64,000 bases of DNA, taken from positions 64,001-128,000 of the IMG/VR virus record IMGVR_UViG_3300028048_000056; one strand, 5' to 3'. Position numbers and translations under genes: made by a program. This stretch comes from a virus (taxonomy: Duplodnaviria; Caudoviricetes). Below are positions 29,380-40,351 of this stretch, piece after piece; the stretch's first letter is position 1, and each line of letters begins with the position of its first letter. A model generated the notes under the pieces. The model worked only from the letters and a program-made list of their open reading frames with translations, was not told where the DNA came from and ran no database searches.

Positions 29380-30021
29380 TTAATACTTCTTTCGCTTAGG
29401 CATTTGGTAAAAGGCACGACCTAACTCCCAGCCCTGGGACAGATAGTCATCAAGGAGCTCAGGTCTAATCTGCTTTGACTTATCGCCAAGGTGTACCCAT
29501 TTCTTACCAGAATGAGCTTTTACAAATTTTTCCCGGATTTCAGGATTACTCCACGCTTTCTTCGCAGAGTTAGATAACTTTTCGTGCATTCCTGGTTTTG
29601 TCATTGCTTTCTTACCTGATTCGCTTTTTAACGCCCTAACCTCAGGTCGATTTTGAGCTATCTTTTGAGCTTCGCATAGTTTCTGATGTGTCTCAGCATT
29701 CGCATGAGCTTTGCGTGCCGACTCAGATAGTCTTCGTATCATACGCGGTGACGCGCCGCCGATTCCTTTTACCAGATTATACCCAAATTCAGGATTGTCT
29801 GCTTTATAAAGCTGAATATAGTGATTTTCAAGAACAGCTGATTCTTTCTGGGTTTCAGCTGTTGCAAGTATTTCGGTGGTAATTTGCTTCCAACCATATT
29901 TCTTCACCACCTCACCAAATTGTCCCTGATACCCTAACCAACGCCGTTCTTGTATAGACTTTGATGTACATCCAACATAGACTTTCCCGTCAGGAATTCT
30001 GTGGATATAGATAGTATACAT
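29380..30021 (-). CDS. Free-standing GIY-YIG homing endonuclease (intact)
   Basis: YTIY...KVYVGCT, NPEFGYN, NUMOD3-like repeats, YLSQGWELGR. Confidence 0.85.
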   Translation of the reverse strand: MYTIYIHRIPDGKVYVGCTSKSIQERRWLGYQGQFGEVVKKYGWKQITTEILATAETQKESAVLENHYIQLYKADNPEFGYNLVKGIGGASPRMIRRLSESARKAHANAETHQKLCEAQKIAQNRPEVRALKSESGKKAMTKPGMHEKLSNSAKKAWSNPEIREKFVKAHSGKKWVHLGDKSKQIRPELLDDYLSQGWELGRAFYQMPKRKKY

Positions 30022-30033
30022 AAAATCACCTTC

Positions 30034-32754
30034 TCAGATGTTCTTAAAGAACTTAATTCTAGAACCGGTTGCTGTTTTCTCGACAGTGAAACCTTGAGGT
30101 ATTGTGTCGATTAAATCTTGGACGTGCGAGATGATACCCACACTCTTGATATTCTTCAAATCACGCAACGTCATCAATGTTCTGCTAAGGCAGTCACCGT
30201 CGAGTGTGCCAAAACCCTCATCTACGAACAGTAAGTTCAAATCACGTGCTGTGAACAAAGAATCGATTGCAGTCATCAAACCCAAGCTGAGACTCAGACT
30301 GAGCATGAACAGCTCGCCACCCGAGAATGTCTGAGCAGGACGTGTGCTTCCTGTGAAGTGGTCTGTGATTGTAATTTCAAGACCGCCTTGTGTACGTCCC
30401 GAAGACGACTCCCATCTAACCTGAAGCTCGAACTGACCTGCAGACAACGTATGGAGATACTGGTTACTGGACTGAAGAATCCATTCAAGCTGCCTGTGAA
30501 GAACGAAGGTCTCGAATGATATCTTGGAGCTATTCTTACCAGATAACAAGTTATAGATGTAGGTGTGCGTATCGTAGGAAGCGGTGTTCTTTTCACGCTC
30601 TGTGCGAATGTCCTTAACACGCTTAACAAGCTCCTTGCGAGCGTCAAGTGAATTCTTTGCAGCAGAGATACGGCTGATTGCTTCCTCGATACCGATGTTA
30701 GCTTCCTCGATAATCTGCTGACACGATGCCTTGGTATATCCGGGGTGGGGGTTAACAGGTTCAGCTACTGCCATGAGATTGTCACGAAGCATCTCATACT
30801 GTTGAATTTTGTACAGGTAGTCATTCAGATGAACACCATAGTCATCAATATCAGCGGCATGAGACAATGCTTCTTTCAGCTCAGGAGAGTCTTCCTCGAG
30901 TGCTTCTGGCTGAGACCTAGCAGTTTCCAGACTCTCAGATAGTTTCTGAATTTTCTCCTGGACGCTCTTGAGATAACCCTCCAGGAGGTTTCTGCTTCTT
31001 TTTGCCATCTCATTGTCGTCAACCTTAGCCCAGAGCTCACTGTATTCAGCTTTGACCGACTCTGCTTCTGCTTCAAGCGCTGCTTTGTCCATGCTGGCAA
31101 TATCCGGCTCAATCCTAGCAAGCTCACTTTTAGCTGTAGCCAATGAACCCTCAATGGTTTTGATTTTTCCTTCAACCGTGTAGAGCTGTCCGCCCCAATC
31201 GTTGAATTTTCCTACGCAGTCATTCCATTGCGCAGTCAAATCAGCAAATGGAACTACCTCGGTGCATTCTGGCTCGACAAGCTGCGGTAGGCTTTCAAGT
31301 CTAACCTTTAAGCCCTCAAGCTGATTCTTCTTCGCTTCAAGCTCTCGCTGCTTCGCGTCCATGCTACCTGAAGTTTCCTCTGCAAGGTGGTCAGCTGTGT
31401 ATGGAGCACCACAAATTGGACACTTTCCGGGTTCACTCATACTGATAATCTTGGTAGCCAGAAGCTGAGTATATACAGCCTTATTGCCTTCGATGAACGC
31501 AGTCAGAGCATCGATATCAGACTGAATTTGAGCTCTTTCCTTGTCTCTTGCGAGTACATCTGCACGTGCTTGGTCAAAAGCTCTTCGGTTGTCAAGTCGC
31601 TGCTTAAGGACGGATTTCGTCTCTTCTATCGCAGCAATGGATGCCCGTAAGCTAACCTGTTTATCCTGGAGCTCCTGCATCTCAGTGCCGTACTCATCAA
31701 TCTGACTACGATATCGTTCAACCTGACTGAATAGATTAAGCAGATTGGTAATTTCCGACTGACGCTGCTGAAGTGCAGCGACCTTATTAGAAAGCTCCTC
31801 ATCGACAACTACACTGGCAATACGCTTCTGATAATCAGCTTCTTGCTCCCTCGCAGCCGCTAACTCATTGCGCAGTCGGTTGTACGTCCCATACCACTCT
31901 AAGGTACCAGCATACGCATTGAATACCTCACGCTTTTTATACAGTACCTCAACTTCTGATTTAAGCTGCGCTAACTGTTCCAGCTCTTTCTGTGCTTTCT
32001 GGTATGCAGCGTACTCCTGGTCATACCTAATCATATCAGGGAGGATTTGGTCAGCTGACTCTTTTCTCTTCTTCAGCTCGTCAAGGCGTGCCTGTTCCTC
32101 ACGAATGGTTTCTGCCGTGGTGATAATAGCACTTTCAATTGTTTCCAGCATTTCGCCTTGAAGCAAGTTCTGCTCCAACTCAGTGGAGTTAAGAATAGTA
32201 TTCTTCAGGTTAGCACATCTGTCTTTGAAACGAATCTCAATATCCTTGAAAAGCTGGGTATCAAAGATGTCACGAAGTATTTCAGCACGAGTACGGGAAT
32301 CTGCCAGCAGAAACTTTGAAAAGTTACCCTGCTCCAGCATAACCATCTGGTCGAACTGCTTCACCGTGAGACCGATAATCTTTTCCAAGTGCTCATTGGC
32401 TTCCTTTACCTTGTCATAGATAATACCAGGTGCGAACAGCTGAACAGCAGTACCGCCGTCCTTCTTGAGTGTGCGTATCACCTTATAATCGATTTTATCC
32501 TGATTAAATGTGAGTGTGACCACCGTGTCTTCATTTGCAGGAGCATAGGTACTCCTGATTTCCTTGGTCACTGCTGCACGATTAGACGAGAGTGTCTTGC
32601 CGAACAATGCCCAATGGATTGCATCAAGCATTGAAGATTTACCTGAACCGGTAGGTCCTGAAATGAGGAACACACCGTCGTTCAATTCTTCAAAATCGAC
32701 AGACGCTTGCTTGATACTGATGAAGTTCTTAATTTGCAGTTTCAGTAATCTCAT
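30034..32754 (-). CDS. sbcC: SbcC/Rad50 ATPase
   Basis: GPTGSGKS, QGNF Q-loop, CPICG zinc hook, FSGGE signature, FVDEGFGTLD, IISH. Confidence 0.95.
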   Translation of the reverse strand: MRLLKLQIKNFISIKQASVDFEELNDGVFLISGPTGSGKSSMLDAIHWALFGKTLSSNRAAVTKEIRSTYAPANEDTVVTLTFNQDKIDYKVIRTLKKDGGTAVQLFAPGIIYDKVKEANEHLEKIIGLTVKQFDQMVMLEQGNFSKFLLADSRTRAEILRDIFDTQLFKDIEIRFKDRCANLKNTILNSTELEQNLLQGEMLETIESAIITTAETIREEQARLDELKKRKESADQILPDMIRYDQEYAAYQKAQKELEQLAQLKSEVEVLYKKREVFNAYAGTLEWYGTYNRLRNELAAAREQEADYQKRIASVVVDEELSNKVAALQQRQSEITNLLNLFSQVERYRSQIDEYGTEMQELQDKQVSLRASIAAIEETKSVLKQRLDNRRAFDQARADVLARDKERAQIQSDIDALTAFIEGNKAVYTQLLATKIISMSEPGKCPICGAPYTADHLAEETSGSMDAKQRELEAKKNQLEGLKVRLESLPQLVEPECTEVVPFADLTAQWNDCVGKFNDWGGQLYTVEGKIKTIEGSLATAKSELARIEPDIASMDKAALEAEAESVKAEYSELWAKVDDNEMAKRSRNLLEGYLKSVQEKIQKLSESLETARSQPEALEEDSPELKEALSHAADIDDYGVHLNDYLYKIQQYEMLRDNLMAVAEPVNPHPGYTKASCQQIIEEANIGIEEAISRISAAKNSLDARKELVKRVKDIRTEREKNTASYDTHTYIYNLLSGKNSSKISFETFVLHRQLEWILQSSNQYLHTLSAGQFELQVRWESSSGRTQGGLEITITDHFTGSTRPAQTFSGGELFMLSLSLSLGLMTAIDSLFTARDLNLLFVDEGFGTLDGDCLSRTLMTLRDLKNIKSVGIISHVQDLIDTIPQGFTVEKTATGSRIKFFKNI

Positions 32755-33817
32755 GAACAACCTCCTGAACTAATTGTAATTTCTGAGTGTCGAGAACAGG
32801 TACCTCCAGCTGATTGCAGAAGCTATCGAGTGCCGATTCGATAGAGTCGAACTGAACCATAGGCTTATTCAGGTCAGCTTCCCAATCGTCGGTAATCTTA
32901 GACACAGCCGTTACCATATTCTCGAAGTGAGCTTGAAGCTGCGGTAACGCTACATCGAGTGGCACATCCTCGTCTACCAGCTCAACCTTGATGTATGCGC
33001 GGGAGTCTGGAATACTCAGACAGTGTTTCAAACTGCCACGAATAATCTCGAAATTTCTACGCAGCTGTACTGGAACTACCTCGCTCGTGATGTCATATTC
33101 CCAGCTAAAGTGATTAGACAGTTTAATGTCCCACACGGTGAACCCACCTGCATATTCATCACCGAAAGCATATGGCATAAGGCTTCCTGGGTAGTAGATG
33201 TTACGAATACGCTGCTTCTTGTGAATATGACCTGCCATGACCAGTGGATACGCCTTAACGACTTCCTGAGAAACCGCATCATCAAAGAATGACATCGCTT
33301 CTGATGAACCGGTTGTGCAGCCTTCGAATGTCTGGTGGGCAATCAGAATTGTTCCTGTATTCTCAGGGAGGTAAGCCTTGAACGCTTCATTGTAGGAATC
33401 GAACTCACGATTGAATTTGGTTTCTGCGATAGAAGGCTTCACGAACGAGATTGCTCGAAATGGTATGCCTTCAATCTCGATGTCCTCTAATTCACGAACT
33501 ATGTGAATGTGCTCTCCCATAAATCGCTCCCACAAGCCTAAGCGTCGGCTAGAGTCATGATTACCCACGATGATGATACAAATGAGCTTCTTTTCTTCGC
33601 AGATAGCTTTGACATAATTCATAAAACCTACGAACAGCTCCTGTGCTTCAATAGAGGGGTTTGCAGAATCGAACACATCTCCTGCAATTACCAGATGAGC
33701 ACACTCGGTTTTCATGAGACTTGTTACCTGCTCCAACATCCACGACTGGTCAGCTATCAGACTTTTCTTATGGAATGTCTTTCCTAGATGCAAGTCTGCT
33801 AAATGAATAACTTTCAA
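32729..33817 (-). CDS. sbcD: SbcD/Mre11 nuclease
   Basis: ADLHLG, AGDVFD, GNHD, AGHIH, YPGS. Confidence 0.95.
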   Translation of the reverse strand: MKVIHLADLHLGKTFHKKSLIADQSWMLEQVTSLMKTECAHLVIAGDVFDSANPSIEAQELFVGFMNYVKAICEEKKLICIIIVGNHDSSRRLGLWERFMGEHIHIVRELEDIEIEGIPFRAISFVKPSIAETKFNREFDSYNEAFKAYLPENTGTILIAHQTFEGCTTGSSEAMSFFDDAVSQEVVKAYPLVMAGHIHKKQRIRNIYYPGSLMPYAFGDEYAGGFTVWDIKLSNHFSWEYDITSEVVPVQLRRNFEIIRGSLKHCLSIPDSRAYIKVELVDEDVPLDVALPQLQAHFENMVTAVSKITDDWEADLNKPMVQFDSIESALDSFCNQLEVPVLDTQKLQLVQEVVHEITETAN

Positions 33818-34032
33818 TATACATCCTCCTTATCCATAATGACGTCAACGACGTCACCATCTTGGTCAATTTCTGCCAGGTAGTCGACACACTCGTCACC
33901 GAAATGTGCGAACGCTAGATACCACGCTTGCCGGACAGATACCGCATAGAAGGTGAACTCTTCGCCTTCATAGCAAGCGCGGTAGTTATCATAGGTATGC
34001 TGCTCCATCTCAGAAGCTGATACTCGTCCCAT
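33814..34032 (-). CDS. Small hypothetical protein
   Basis: RBS GAGGAGG. Confidence 0.65.
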   Translation of the reverse strand: MGRVSASEMEQHTYDNYRACYEGEEFTFYAVSVRQAWYLAFAHFGDECVDYLAEIDQDGDVVDVIMDKEDVY

Positions 34033-34194
34033 CTACTCAACCTCCTCGACGCTTATAATCTGATATTCTACATCAGGCTGGTCAAGTCCATAAAATTCTT
34101 TGCACTCCTTGATGCTCGACGCAACGCATTCCTGCTCCGACCACGTTTCCTCCCTGGTGTAGCGGTCTTTATACTTGAACTTGATTTTCAGCAT
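34033..34194 (-). CDS. Small hypothetical protein (53 aa, not in track)
   Basis: RBS AAGGAGGG; MLKIKFKYKDRYTREETWSEQEC. Confidence 0.65.
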   Translation of the reverse strand: MLKIKFKYKDRYTREETWSEQECVASSIKECKEFYGLDQPDVEYQIISVEEVE

Positions 34195-34196
34195 AA

Positions 34197-34373
34197 TTAG
34201 CCCTCCTTGTCTGCATTCGGGTCCTGTGCTTCTACAGAAATCTTCAAACCATAGTCAGCAAACCACTCTGCCAGCATACCCTTAACAACCATTGGTACGT
34301 ATTCAGCACGAACGTTCTGAGCTACGATAAGACCGTTTGCTTTGATAGTGTAGTAAAGTTCATCCATACTCAT
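34197..34373 (-). CDS. Small hypothetical protein (58 aa, not in track)
   Basis: RBS AGGAGGTG; MSMDELYYTIKANGLIVAQNV. Confidence 0.6.
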   Translation of the reverse strand: MSMDELYYTIKANGLIVAQNVRAEYVPMVVKGMLAEWFADYGLKISVEAQDPNADKEG

Positions 34374-34837
34374 TCACCTCCTAACAGCTTCAGGGCTTCC
34401 GCGGCATAACGCCAATTTCTCAAATCCTCTCTTATGGTACATTCTTTACAACAAGGACACCACTCAATATAAGAACAGATATTGCAACTTTGTCCATTAC
34501 CATCTAGATTTCTCTTGTCGCGCAGGAGTTCATGTATATCCTCAACCGCCAATTTCAGAAGCCGCTTGTACTCTTCTATCTGTTCCGACTTCTTTAGAAG
34601 TTCGCCTTTCTCTTTTATCAGCCGGTCGCACTCCTGTGTCAGCACTTTGTTTTCCTCTCGCAGGTTTTTATAGTCCGATAGCCATTCTGCAAGCTGCCTG
34701 CACTCTTTTGCGCGTTGACGGCGTACTTCTGGCGGTGTAGCTTCACTGTAATAATCCATTCGTATATAATTATCAGCACATCTATCTTGTTGCTCTGCTT
34801 CGTTAAGTAGTTTCTTAATCGCTTCATCTATCATCAT
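34370..34837 (-). CDS. Coiled-coil hypothetical protein with Cys cluster
   Basis: RBS GGAGGG; CNICSYIEWCPCCKEC. Confidence 0.65.
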   Translation of the reverse strand: MMIDEAIKKLLNEAEQQDRCADNYIRMDYYSEATPPEVRRQRAKECRQLAEWLSDYKNLREENKVLTQECDRLIKEKGELLKKSEQIEEYKRLLKLAVEDIHELLRDKRNLDGNGQSCNICSYIEWCPCCKECTIREDLRNWRYAAEALKLLGGE

Positions 34838-34868
34838 TTGCCTTAACCCTCCGATTTATTATATACAC

Positions 34869-34900
34869 ATTATAACACATTTCGTTCACGCACACGAAGT
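34869..34900 (-). promoter_or_regulatory. ACTTCG-N20-TATAAT promoter
   Basis: Motif family member. Confidence 0.75.
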
Positions 34901-34980
34901 TATAAACCACGTAGCACGCTAACGCATATCACGTGGTTGTGTTTCTTGTATAACTTGTAACCACTGTAAGCAGCCTAAAG

Positions 34981-35018
34981 AAAAACCGTAGCATACACAT
35001 GGTACGCTACGGTTTCTT
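34981..35018 (-). terminator. Intrinsic terminator after DUF932 gene
   Basis: AAACCGTAGC...GCTACGGTTT hairpin with A-tract on + strand. Confidence 0.7.
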
Positions 35019-35035
35019 GTACATTTATGAGTTAG

Positions 35036-35956
35036 TTATGCGTTTACAGTGCTTCTGATGATGTTGAGCAGTCGTGACATTGCACCGGCGTCGAATGTAA
35101 CCTGCGAGAATGTAGTCTCAGCTGAACGTTCGGTCTGCTTACGCTCTCTGTGAGTCTCGTAGTCAGTGAATGCGTTGACGAGTCCCCACGCAGTACCTGT
35201 AAAGTTAGCGTTATCAGCATCCTTGTAGCACAGATTGAGTCTGGTCTTCTTCTCGTCAAGAGCTTCCTTCTGGCGGTCTGTGATAGCCTTAGTGCTCTCA
35301 AAGAAAGCGTCGATAATCTTATTGCGGTCTGTGTCTGTAATGTGCAGCAGCGCCAGCTCTTCTGCTGTGTTCGTGAATCCCTGCATATAGATTGCGGTGT
35401 CCTTAAGAAGCTGCTGAGCTTCTGCGATACAGGAATCGATACGAGCAGAGTGGCGAATTGAAATGGTATTGTCCATATTCTTGAACGACATCGCGAACTG
35501 ATTCTGGCATACGATTCTGAGCGGGCATATTGTTGCTCTGAGGGAGAACCATCCGTTGTGGCTTGTCTGAAAGATGACATAAGGTGTGAATGTGTCGTTG
35601 AGTATAGTGAGGCTTGGGAGCTTACCTATGATGTAGACCATACCATTGTAGGTTTCTCCTGCACGAACGAATTCGATATCAGGAATCTCCTCCAGGAACT
35701 TGAACGCATCAGCATTCTGATAAATTTCGTAACGCTCAGATACGAGACCGATTGGTTCGCGAAGTGCAGGGCGTCCGTCAGCTGCGTCACGAGTTTTGAT
35801 TGTTGCGATACGGCTGGGTACGAGAATTCCGTCGTGGAGATACACAGGCTCCTTGATGACTGTATAATCCAGATTTGCCTGCCTGAGAATTTCGTCGACG
35901 GTAGTCTGCTGAGAAACGTCTGTACCTACCTTTGTCCATGTAGCTTCTCTTGTCAT
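35036..35956 (-). CDS. DUF932 (LGT_TIGR03299-like) protein
   Basis: GLVSERYEIYQNADAF, TSHNG, PLRIVCQNQ, SIRHS, GTAWGLVNAFTDY. Confidence 0.85.
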   Translation of the reverse strand: MTREATWTKVGTDVSQQTTVDEILRQANLDYTVIKEPVYLHDGILVPSRIATIKTRDAADGRPALREPIGLVSERYEIYQNADAFKFLEEIPDIEFVRAGETYNGMVYIIGKLPSLTILNDTFTPYVIFQTSHNGWFSLRATICPLRIVCQNQFAMSFKNMDNTISIRHSARIDSCIAEAQQLLKDTAIYMQGFTNTAEELALLHITDTDRNKIIDAFFESTKAITDRQKEALDEKKTRLNLCYKDADNANFTGTAWGLVNAFTDYETHRERKQTERSAETTFSQVTFDAGAMSRLLNIIRSTVNA

Positions 35957-36017
35957 ATAAATACCTCCTGTTAAGTTATGGGCTCTTGTGACCCGTTGTT
36001 GTGTTTACTGTACCTAT

Positions 36018-36049
36018 ATTATAACATAACAACGGTACGAAAACGAAGT
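36018..36049 (-). promoter_or_regulatory. ACTTCG-N20-TATAAT promoter
   Basis: Motif family member. Confidence 0.75.
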
Positions 36050-36062
36050 TAATTGTAGGTAC

Positions 36063-36890
36063 TTATAGACGAATAGAATCTTGTAATGAGCGCGCACGTG
36101 CTTCATAATTTCTCTGAAGTAATCTTCCATCATGGTAGGAGTTAGGAGACTCGCACACGATGACTGGATTAAAATCAGGGCGCTCAGGTAGGGACCTAAG
36201 GAATTGTGCAGGCTTAGGTCCCGCATCTCGAATCGAGAATGGCACGTGCTTCTTCTCACCCTTGTCAGTATACTCTAGCTTAGAAAAATGAATGTGCATA
36301 CAGTTCACTTTCCATGCTGGTAATAACGCATAAAGCTGATTAAATACAGTCTCAAACTCTTCCTTGGTATTAAGGAACTTACCGAGTGTCCTGGCGTGCA
36401 GGTGTCCGAAATCGATACAAGGTATGAAATTATCAGTCAGATTGCACATACGACAGATATCCTCGATAGTACCTACCTGACTTAGCTTACCCAGATTTTC
36501 TATACAAATGAGAGAACTATCAAGAAGACCTGCATCTCTCATCTTAAACCAGAGTGACCACAGTGTCTTCCTCTGCACTTCCCAGACTTCTTCAGGTGTA
36601 CGTTCAGAATAATTCGCAGCGTGTACCACGATACGATTGGTAACGCCAGGCTGAATTTGTCGCATAATAGTTAGGTGTTTTATAATTGTCTCGGTACTCA
36701 TAAATCGAACACCAGGTTTCTTGCTTCCTATCGCAACCAGCATCGGTGAATGCATCGAAAGATAAATCCCGGTGTTTTCTTTAAGTTCACGGATTTTGGG
36801 AAGAACTGGTTCATCTAGGATTACTTCAGCTCCTTGTAATTTCCAACCTACAGTAGCATCTGTTGGATACCAATCAGCACTAAATAGCAT
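36063..36890 (-). CDS. Endonuclease IV / AP-endonuclease-2 family TIM barrel
   Basis: SMHSP, VVHA, IENLGK, CIDFGHLHAR, HIHFSKLEYTDKGEKKH, VCESP. Confidence 0.85.
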   Translation of the reverse strand: MLFSADWYPTDATVGWKLQGAEVILDEPVLPKIRELKENTGIYLSMHSPMLVAIGSKKPGVRFMSTETIIKHLTIMRQIQPGVTNRIVVHAANYSERTPEEVWEVQRKTLWSLWFKMRDAGLLDSSLICIENLGKLSQVGTIEDICRMCNLTDNFIPCIDFGHLHARTLGKFLNTKEEFETVFNQLYALLPAWKVNCMHIHFSKLEYTDKGEKKHVPFSIRDAGPKPAQFLRSLPERPDFNPVIVCESPNSYHDGRLLQRNYEARARSLQDSIRL

Positions 36891-36901
36891 GACTATAACC
36901 C

Positions 36902-37825
36902 TCAAGGTTCCGACTTAGCAACACCTCTAGGGAGGTCATGCTGTTCAAGGACATAGTGGCAGGTACGCGGTATTGTCAGACGAACCTCAGGATTGTGCTG
37001 AGCGAGAAAACCTCGTCTTGTCCAGCATCTGGGACTCTTGGGGTAGAGCTTTTTCAGGTAACTGTCGAACCAAGCAGCATGACCCTCTTCAATCTTTCTA
37101 CGCTCTTCAAGGTTATCGTAGATAAGACTTTTCTCACCCGCAGACTGACCGACTTCCTTACCGATGAGGAATCTATTGCGAATGCAGTGAAAACCTGCTT
37201 TAATCCAATCCAGTTGGAACATAGTATCCTCCGGCGGTTCATTCAGCTGAGCAGCAGTGTCTTTGTCGAAATATATTTCCTTACCTTGATATTTCTTGAT
37301 GTTAGGTATGAACACCGCTTGTAGACTTCCATGGATTGGGTCTTTACCCATGAACCAGTGCGTCTCTCGCATAGGCCATTCATAATTGGTTTTCTTGAAC
37401 GGTTCATACATAGGTAGTATGCAGGAAATCATATAACCCTGCTTGCAGAGCTCAAGAACAGCCGGTGTGTTGAGGTCGTCGAACCAATCCTGATAACGAT
37501 AATGGTCATAGAACACACGGTCATCATCAAGTAGGAAAAGCCAGTCATAATCTGAGTTGTAGAACTTCTCTAATAAGAAGTTTCGATTTACCGCACAGGT
37601 GTGCTTATCAACCTCGATTGACTTCAGGTCAAGCGTAGTTCCGAGCTCAGCTTTTGCAGTTGGGCCCCAAGCACTCTCGACACGATAGACCTCGAATGAG
37701 TCACGCACCTGCGTAGCGAGTCCTTCAAGCCAGCGTAACTGTTCTTGGTGAATGGGTATACGAAGTTTGCCACGGTCTGTTTCAGGCATATAGGAAATTA
37801 TTCCTACCATGTAGTTTGCACTCAT
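36902..37825 (-). CDS. GT-A fold glycosyltransferase, paralog A
   Basis: NRNFLL...DYDWLFLLDDDR, PPEDT; paralog of 47073..47981. Confidence 0.7.
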   Translation of the reverse strand: MSANYMVGIISYMPETDRGKLRIPIHQEQLRWLEGLATQVRDSFEVYRVESAWGPTAKAELGTTLDLKSIEVDKHTCAVNRNFLLEKFYNSDYDWLFLLDDDRVFYDHYRYQDWFDDLNTPAVLELCKQGYMISCILPMYEPFKKTNYEWPMRETHWFMGKDPIHGSLQAVFIPNIKKYQGKEIYFDKDTAAQLNEPPEDTMFQLDWIKAGFHCIRNRFLIGKEVGQSAGEKSLIYDNLEERRKIEEGHAAWFDSYLKKLYPKSPRCWTRRGFLAQHNPEVRLTIPRTCHYVLEQHDLPRGVAKSEP

Positions 37826-37853
37826 GATATTACCTCCTTTATGGTTATATCCA

Positions 37854-37886
37854 ATTATAACATGAATGTGCGGTTGCATTCGAAGT
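37854..37886 (-). promoter_or_regulatory. ACTTCG-N21-TATAAT promoter
   Basis: Motif family member. Confidence 0.75.
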
Positions 37887-37894
37887 TCAGTCAC

Positions 37895-40351
37895 TCAGAT
37901 GTTTGGATTTAGAACACCACTGGCAGCTGAAGTTCTATCAGAATAATAGGTCATGCGTCCTGTGCCAGAAGGTATCCAAGATGACGGTGAATCGTAAATC
38001 CAACGAGCGTCAACTATACCAGCTGCATAATAGTTTTCATAGAACTGTCCGTCTTGAGGGCAACCCGTTTCACTATTATTACCGGTGGGTCCTCCACCAG
38101 CTATAATTCTCATCTTGTCGAAGTCGTCCATATCGGAAGTATATCCAGTCATCACTCCACCATACTTCAGCATATAATAGAAATTTTCTAATCCTTCTTG
38201 AGTGCCCTGGGTACGAACTGTATCTAATAAATCATGTTCATTATAGAATGTTCCGAACGACCAGGCACCGGTTTGCGGATTAAGCAACGCACGACCTTCT
38301 TCTGTCAGGTCATGAGAAAATCTGATGTAATAGCCAAGCATTAGATAGGTACGGAACATCCTAGCATACAACCAACTAACCGGATTGTTACCATACTCTC
38401 GTATGCTTATTCCATACATAATACCTAAACCAACATTCTGACTTATATCAGCTAAGGCTGGTAATGTGCCCATGTAAAAATCTGATAAATCTTTAGTAAT
38501 ATACTCAGGAAATGGTGTGTATCGATTATCTACCTGAACTCCTTCTGTATTAGTAATCTGGTCACATACCCACGCATAGATAGCCCTAGAAGCGTCAGGA
38601 AGATAATGCAAGTTATCACTGGTTAGCCAAGCAGCTCCCTTATCAAGTTCTAATTGCTTTATGTAAGCAGCTACGTCTAAGACATGGATATTAGCTACAC
38701 CAGACAATGCAGACTTTAGGTCTTCGTTGAACTGCTCAATTTCTTGGTTAAACGGACCTAAATCTTGACCAGAACCACCGTCGCACTTACCACTACCGCT
38801 ACCGTCAGGACAATGACCAACAGTACCTACAAACACCATTGCGTTATTGCCGACATTATTGGCAATCGACTTGTACACATTTGCATAATTGCTAGCACCG
38901 GATTGTAATCCATTCACGCCCCACCAGAGGATTATGTTATGCTGAGTGCCTTCTGATTCTATTTCAGACTGCACTTCTATCAGTTTAGCTAACGCCTGAC
39001 CTCCATAACCTCTACCGTCAGTGCCAGTAGCTGAAATCAGTTGAACTGTTCTAGAATCACCTGACCAGTACCAATCGGTAAATGGTGAATATATCTTACC
39101 GCTTGGAGTAGGAACAGGAGTAGGTCCTGAACCTGAATGCTTGAGATATATGCTAACCTCAGCTTGTGATATTGGAAGAGGGTCATCAACCTGACCACGC
39201 TGAAATGATATAGGTTTCTGAGCAAAGAATATTTCGTCCAGATAGGGCTTACCATCAGGAGGATTACTGGCATAGAACAAACCTTGCATAGCAGTAGACT
39301 TTAGCTCTTCTATGTCACATAAGCTGTTAGGAGAGTCGTAGATAAACGACGAACCGACCTCGATGAATCCGATTGTATGAACGTTACCTTGCATTAGGAC
39401 TAAGGTGCTCATACGATAACACCAGATTGTCCTAATCTCGACAACCTGATTAACGGTTACATATGAATTTCTCAACTCTAACCTTAATATCTTACCAGAT
39501 AAACCAGCTCGAGTAGTATCCTGTCTAAAGATTACTGCGGGACAATTCTCAATAATAATCCTGTCCGCTGTAATCTGATTTAGGTACACAATCGAGGTGA
39601 TGTCCCGCAACACCAGTATCTTAAATGTACCTGATAGACGAAGAATACCGCCGTAAAATCCTTGATACACCTTAGATTCACGTAGCATATCATTGATAGT
39701 TAGTGTACCTGTATGTGACTTTAACAGACTAGATATCAAAGATTGTGGCGGGTTTACCAATGTTTGCTCGCTTGTCGAACCAGAAAGTACATAATGAGAA
39801 TCGTCATAGATAAGTCCTTCCTCATCTTTACCGATACTGACTAGATTAGGAATTACGCCGTTCAGGTTTAGAACATAATCAGAGCTCACTGAAATCCTAT
39901 TGATAGCTTCTGTGTCTAGTTTTACTCGTTTTTTCAAGTCATCTAGCATATTCTCAATCTTCCCTTGCAATTCCTTGATGTATGCTAAAGACGGTACCCA
40001 GTATACAGCTACCGATGTTTTCTCGGTTAGTTCATCCGTATAACCACGCAGTATCATTTCATCAGCCTTTATTTCAACCTCTATCAAATCCTCTATATGC
40101 TTTAATTCAGATTCATCTTCCGAAAGAAATTCCAGATAGGGTATACGATTAGCCACCTCAGCAATCTGTAGATGATACTCATACCAGGTAGTATCTTCTA
40201 GAACTACTTCCTGAGCTTTATCTAGCATAAATACATCGGGATTATCATATCGATAAATTTCACCTAGATTTGTACCAGAATGTCGCAATATCCTATAGAA
40301 GTAAAGCACCTGCGTGTCTCGGTTAGACACTTGACCTAACTGATAAATCAT
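37895..40351 (-). CDS. Tail appendage paralog 3 fused to SGNH hydrolase
   Basis: Shared N-domain (YRILR..PYLEF..VYW); PTPVPTP linker; SGNH blocks GDSRT, WGVNG, DNLHY. Confidence 0.65.
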   Translation of the reverse strand: MIYQLGQVSNRDTQVLYFYRILRHSGTNLGEIYRYDNPDVFMLDKAQEVVLEDTTWYEYHLQIAEVANRIPYLEFLSEDESELKHIEDLIEVEIKADEMILRGYTDELTEKTSVAVYWVPSLAYIKELQGKIENMLDDLKKRVKLDTEAINRISVSSDYVLNLNGVIPNLVSIGKDEEGLIYDDSHYVLSGSTSEQTLVNPPQSLISSLLKSHTGTLTINDMLRESKVYQGFYGGILRLSGTFKILVLRDITSIVYLNQITADRIIIENCPAVIFRQDTTRAGLSGKILRLELRNSYVTVNQVVEIRTIWCYRMSTLVLMQGNVHTIGFIEVGSSFIYDSPNSLCDIEELKSTAMQGLFYASNPPDGKPYLDEIFFAQKPISFQRGQVDDPLPISQAEVSIYLKHSGSGPTPVPTPSGKIYSPFTDWYWSGDSRTVQLISATGTDGRGYGGQALAKLIEVQSEIESEGTQHNIILWWGVNGLQSGASNYANVYKSIANNVGNNAMVFVGTVGHCPDGSGSGKCDGGSGQDLGPFNQEIEQFNEDLKSALSGVANIHVLDVAAYIKQLELDKGAAWLTSDNLHYLPDASRAIYAWVCDQITNTEGVQVDNRYTPFPEYITKDLSDFYMGTLPALADISQNVGLGIMYGISIREYGNNPVSWLYARMFRTYLMLGYYIRFSHDLTEEGRALLNPQTGAWSFGTFYNEHDLLDTVRTQGTQEGLENFYYMLKYGGVMTGYTSDMDDFDKMRIIAGGGPTGNNSETGCPQDGQFYENYYAAGIVDARWIYDSPSSWIPSGTGRMTYYSDRTSAASGVLNPNI